26,473 bases of DNA, from NCBI GenBank assembly GCA_964388515.1, contig CAYMBB010000002.1, positions 1 through 26,473 of the forward strand, given 5' to 3'. Shown here piece by piece: positions 23,821 to 26,473 of this stretch (position 1 is its first letter; each line of letters opens with the position of its first letter). The stretch is from an uncultured Anaerolineaceae bacterium (GTDB lineage Bacteria > Chloroflexota > Limnocylindria > Limnocylindrales > CSP1-4). The notes below the pieces were generated by a model. The model saw only the letters and a program-made list of their open reading frames with translations, did not search any database and was not told the DNA's origin. Made by a program: the position numbers and the translations under genes.

Positions 23821-25080
23821 TCAGGCCCGGTGCGGGCGCCAGGACGCGACGACCGGGTCGCGCGCGACCGCCAGGAGGAGCGCGGCGAGGAGCGTCGTCC
23901 GGGGCACGATCGAGTCGATCTCGAGGTACTCGGCGGGCGAGTGGTCGCTGCCGCCGATCGGCCCAAGGCCGTCGAGCGTCGGGACGCCGAGCCCGGCCGT
24001 CGTGTTCGCGTCCGAGGCACCCCCGGTCGCCGCGTCGCGGACGCTGAAGCCGAGCCGGTTGGCGAGCGCCTGGGCATGGGCGACGAGGCGATTCGTCCGA
24101 TCGGCCTTCTCCATCGGCCAGTGCCGGCTCAGCTCCTCGATCGCGATCCGGGTCTCGGGCACGGTCGGCGACGCCGCGAGCTTGCGGATCGCCGCCTCGG
24201 CGGCCAGGAGGTGCTCGCGGCTGGCCGCCCGGAGGTCGACCTCGAGCGTTGCACTCTCGGGCACGACATTTGGGCGCGTGCCGCCCGAGATCACCCCGAC
24301 GGTGCACGTCACGTCCGGCCAGCGCCCGCTCAGCCCCTCGAGGGCGAGGACCTGGTGGGCGGCCTCGACGATCGCGCTCCGCCCCTTCTCCGGTTCGACG
24401 CCGGCATGCGCGGCCCGACCGGTGATCGCGAGGCGGAGGTCGACGACGCCCTTGCGTGAGGAGACGATGTCGCCGTTGGCCCGGGCGCACTCGAGGACGA
24501 AGCAGACGTCGGAGTCGAGGGCGAGCTCGCGGATGATCGGGCTCGAGCTCGGCGAACCGATCTCCTCGTCCGGGTTGGCGACGAACGTCAAGCGCTCGAA
24601 GGGGAACGTCTCCTCCTCGCCCTCCCTCTGGTCGTCACCCTCGGCGAGGGCGAGCAGGGCAAGGAGGGCGTAGAGCCCGGACAGCAGCCCGCTCTTCATG
24701 TCGGCCACGCCCGGCCCGAACGCCCGCCCGCCGGCGACCCGGAACGGGCGCTGACGGGCCGTCCCCTCCGGGAAGACCGTGTCGAGATGACCGATCAGGA
24801 GCGCCCGCGGCCCGCCCGGCCGGCCGGCGACCTCGCCCACGACCGTGTCGCCCAGGGTCGGGTGGAGGTGATAGGTCACCTCGGCCCCGAGCTTCTCCAG
24901 GAAACGGCCGGTCCAGCGGCCGACCTGGTCGACGCCGGCCTTGGTGTAGCTGCCGCAGTCGACGTTGACGAGCGCCGACAGGTCCTCCAGGTAGGCCGGC
25001 AGCTCATCCTCGATGATCGCATCGAGCTCTTCGAGCTCGTCCGCGCTGACCGCGGCGCCGGGGGCGACGAGGGCGTCCAT
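23821..25080 (-). CDS. M20 family metallopeptidase (carboxypeptidase G2-like), 419 aa
   Basis: IGHLDTVF, GVADMKSG, PDEEIGS, FVLE, GRAAHAG, GGASDAN, DHSPAEY. Confidence 0.93.
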   Translation of the reverse strand: MDALVAPGAAVSADELEELDAIIEDELPAYLEDLSALVNVDCGSYTKAGVDQVGRWTGRFLEKLGAEVTYHLHPTLGDTVVGEVAGRPGGPRALLIGHLDTVFPEGTARQRPFRVAGGRAFGPGVADMKSGLLSGLYALLALLALAEGDDQREGEEETFPFERLTFVANPDEEIGSPSSSPIIRELALDSDVCFVLECARANGDIVSSRKGVVDLRLAITGRAAHAGVEPEKGRSAIVEAAHQVLALEGLSGRWPDVTCTVGVISGGTRPNVVPESATLEVDLRAASREHLLAAEAAIRKLAASPTVPETRIAIEELSRHWPMEKADRTNRLVAHAQALANRLGFSVRDAATGGASDANTTAGLGVPTLDGLGPIGGSDHSPAEYLEIDSIVPRTTLLAALLLAVARDPVVASWRPHRA

Positions 25081-25087
25081 GGCGGCC

Positions 25088-25093
25088 AGTCTA
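25088..25093 (-). promoter_or_regulatory. -10 box TAGACT; leaderless promoter of the M20 operon
   Basis: Minus strand TAGACT-ggccgcc-ATG (7-nt spacer). Confidence 0.68.
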
Positions 25094-25111
25094 CGGCACC
25101 GCCCGGGCCGT

Positions 25112-25131
25112 CCGGCGACCCGGGTCGCCGG
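25112..25131. promoter_or_regulatory. Perfect 20-bp palindrome, candidate operator
   Basis: CCGGCGACCC|GGGTCGCCGG, overlapping the expected -35 region of the M20 promoter. Confidence 0.4.
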
Positions 25132-25253
25132 CTCCCGCGCCGGCCTGGAGCGCCCACCGGTTCCGACTTGCAGCGGAGGGAGCCGACGCGTCATCATCTG
25201 GCCGAGGTCGCGGCCGCGGGCCGCCCCATCATGCTCGAAGGAGAGGCCCAACG

Positions 25254-25352
25254 GTGGAGACGTTCATCGGCATCCTGCTGATCGTCCTCGCGCTGCTCGA
25301 GATCATCTGGTTCACCTACACCGTGAGCCGGAACCTCAAGCTCGGCAGCTGA
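25254..25352 (+). CDS. Small single-TM protein, 32 aa (not in the ORF track)
   Basis: AAGGAG SD (25238-25243), GTG at 25254. METFIGILLIVLALLEIIWFTYTVSRNLKLGS*. Codons almost all end in G/C. Confidence 0.75.
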   Translation: METFIGILLIVLALLEIIWFTYTVSRNLKLGS

Positions 25353-25393
25353 CCGGCCACCGCCACGGCCTCGCGACCTGACGGCGCGGCGAC

Positions 25394-26323
25394 CTGATCG
25401 ACAGCCCGACCCGCCGGCGAGCCGGCGTCTTCCGGCGCGCGCTCCGGCGCGAGGCGGCCCGCCTGCGCGATCCGCATCGGATCGCCGCGATCGTCATCTT
25501 CATCATCGTCGGCGGCGTCTTCACGGCCGGCCTGATCGCCCGCGGCGAGGCGGCCGGTGCCGACGCGCGGGCCTACTGGGCGGCGGTCCGGATCTGGCTG
25601 AACGGGGGCGACCCGTACCACCCGACCGGCCCGTTCCTGCCCTACGTCTACGCGCCCTGGATGCTCCCGCTCTTCGTCCCGTGGGCGCTCCTGCCCTGGG
25701 ACGTGGCCTGGTTCGCCTGGCGGGGCGGCACGGTCCTGCTCCTGCTCTGGACGATCCACTGGGCCTACGCCCGCCATCCCCTCGCCACGGCCCTCGTCGT
25801 CCTGATCCTCGCCTTCCCGATCGCGGCCAACCTCGACACCGGCAACGTCACGCTCCTGCTGGCTCTGCTGTGCTGGGGCGCCCAGTTCGTTGGTCCCCGC
25901 CTGGCGGGTCTGTTCTGGGCGCTGGCGACCTGGATGAAGTGGGTCCCGGCCCCGCTCTGGTTGGTGATCGAACCCCGTGCCCGGCTGTGGGGCCTGCTCT
26001 GGCTGGCCGGCTCCGCGCTGCTCAGCCTGGCGACGCTGCCATTGACGATCGTCCAGCTCCAGGCGCTCTTCGGGTTCGGGCCGCGGCCGATCCGGGTCGA
26101 CTACCTCGTCCTCCTGTGGGCGATCGTGCCCTGGTGGTGGCGCCATCCGCGACCGCTCTGGTGGCTCGCCCCGGACGCCTGGCCGGGACTCGCCCGCCGC
26201 TTCGGCGACTGGGTCGGCGGCTGGTGGCGGCGCTGGCAGAGCGACCCGCTCGGGGCGGCGGCGCTCGCCCGGCGGCGGGTGAACGCGACCCTGCGCGCCC
26301 TGGTCGGGCTCGGCGGCGGCTGA
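25394..26323 (+). CDS. GT-C fold, GT87/DUF2029-like membrane glycosyltransferase; start codon uncertain
   Basis: Frame is open from 25382. First TM, then DARAYW..V..WLNGGDPY...LPYVYAPW, and later NLDTGNV and WMKWVP. The ATG at 25661 would delete the first TM and the Asp motif. Confidence 0.75.
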   Translation: MIDSPTRRRAGVFRRALRREAARLRDPHRIAAIVIFIIVGGVFTAGLIARGEAAGADARAYWAAVRIWLNGGDPYHPTGPFLPYVYAPWMLPLFVPWALLPWDVAWFAWRGGTVLLLLWTIHWAYARHPLATALVVLILAFPIAANLDTGNVTLLLALLCWGAQFVGPRLAGLFWALATWMKWVPAPLWLVIEPRARLWGLLWLAGSALLSLATLPLTIVQLQALFGFGPRPIRVDYLVLLWAIVPWWWRHPRPLWWLAPDAWPGLARRFGDWVGGWWRRWQSDPLGAAALARRRVNATLRALVGLGGG

Positions 26324-26402
26324 GCGACCGAATGGCCGACGGGCTGAGGAATTGATCAGCCGCGCGGCCGGCCCGCGGCGGGCGAGCGTCGAGGCAATCG
26401 CC

Positions 26403-26456
26403 CGCTCGTGCCCGGCCGGAGCCGCGGCCGTCGGTGCCGGGGCGGGGTTTTCTGTT
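26403..26456 (+). terminator. Possible intrinsic terminator after the GT87-like gene
   Basis: Imperfect stem (CCCGGC/GCCGGG plus CCCGC/GCGGG) followed by TTTTCTGTT. Confidence 0.4.
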
Positions 26457-26473
26457 GCCGGCGGTTCCGCCGC

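Noticed and set aside
229-26355. Many long overlapping ORFs in the track (e.g. 229-2523, 4536-6158, 12362-14320, 22497-24047, and the N-terminal extensions of 16055-18778 and 17008-20679)
   Set aside because: They are Arg/Pro/Gly/Ala-rich shadow or antisense frames of genuine genes, expected from stop-codon scarcity at high GC. They have no motifs and no SD or promoter support.
26401-26473. Possible RNase P, SRP or tmRNA fragment at the right edge
   Set aside because: No diagnostic conserved sequence (SRP GGAAGGAAGCAG, RNase P P4 strands, or tmRNA T-arm/CCA end).

Overview
Very GC-rich (about 70-75% by eye), gene-dense bacterial chromosome segment. Gene style suggests Chloroflexota/Actinomycetota-like; this is inference only. 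I found no rRNA, tRNA, CRISPR array, transposase, integrase or phage gene. Content in order: 3' end of a membrane-protein gene; a NuoN/MrpD-like antiporter-type subunit lacking the usual charged axis residues; a minus-strand operon (M16 peptidase, helical-repeat protein, ndk); an NCS2/AzgA permease; a 143-aa unknown divergent from a coaX-coaBC-panB-panC operon; a stand-alone BioD-like/DRTGG protein; a 201-aa unknown; a Tat-lipoprotein with a dimethylformamidase-large-subunit-like domain; a Glu/Leu/Phe/Val dehydrogenase; a DegV protein; an MFS gene divergent from GGT-family + LLM oxidoreductase + 90-aa zinc-ribbon + azlC-azlD; an M20 peptidase followed by a six-hairpin glycosidase-like gene; an unannotated 32-aa membrane peptide; and a GT87-like glycosyltransferase with no canonical start codon. 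Most notable observations: six genes with a TAnnnT -10 box 6-7 nt before the start codon (leaderless); a structured, possibly pseudoknotted leader on the dehydrogenase; the degenerate NuoN paralogue; CoaC catalytic substitutions; and several small or unknown proteins. Most long ORFs in the supplied track are GC-driven shadow frames. No database searches were run, so family calls rest on motifs read by eye.
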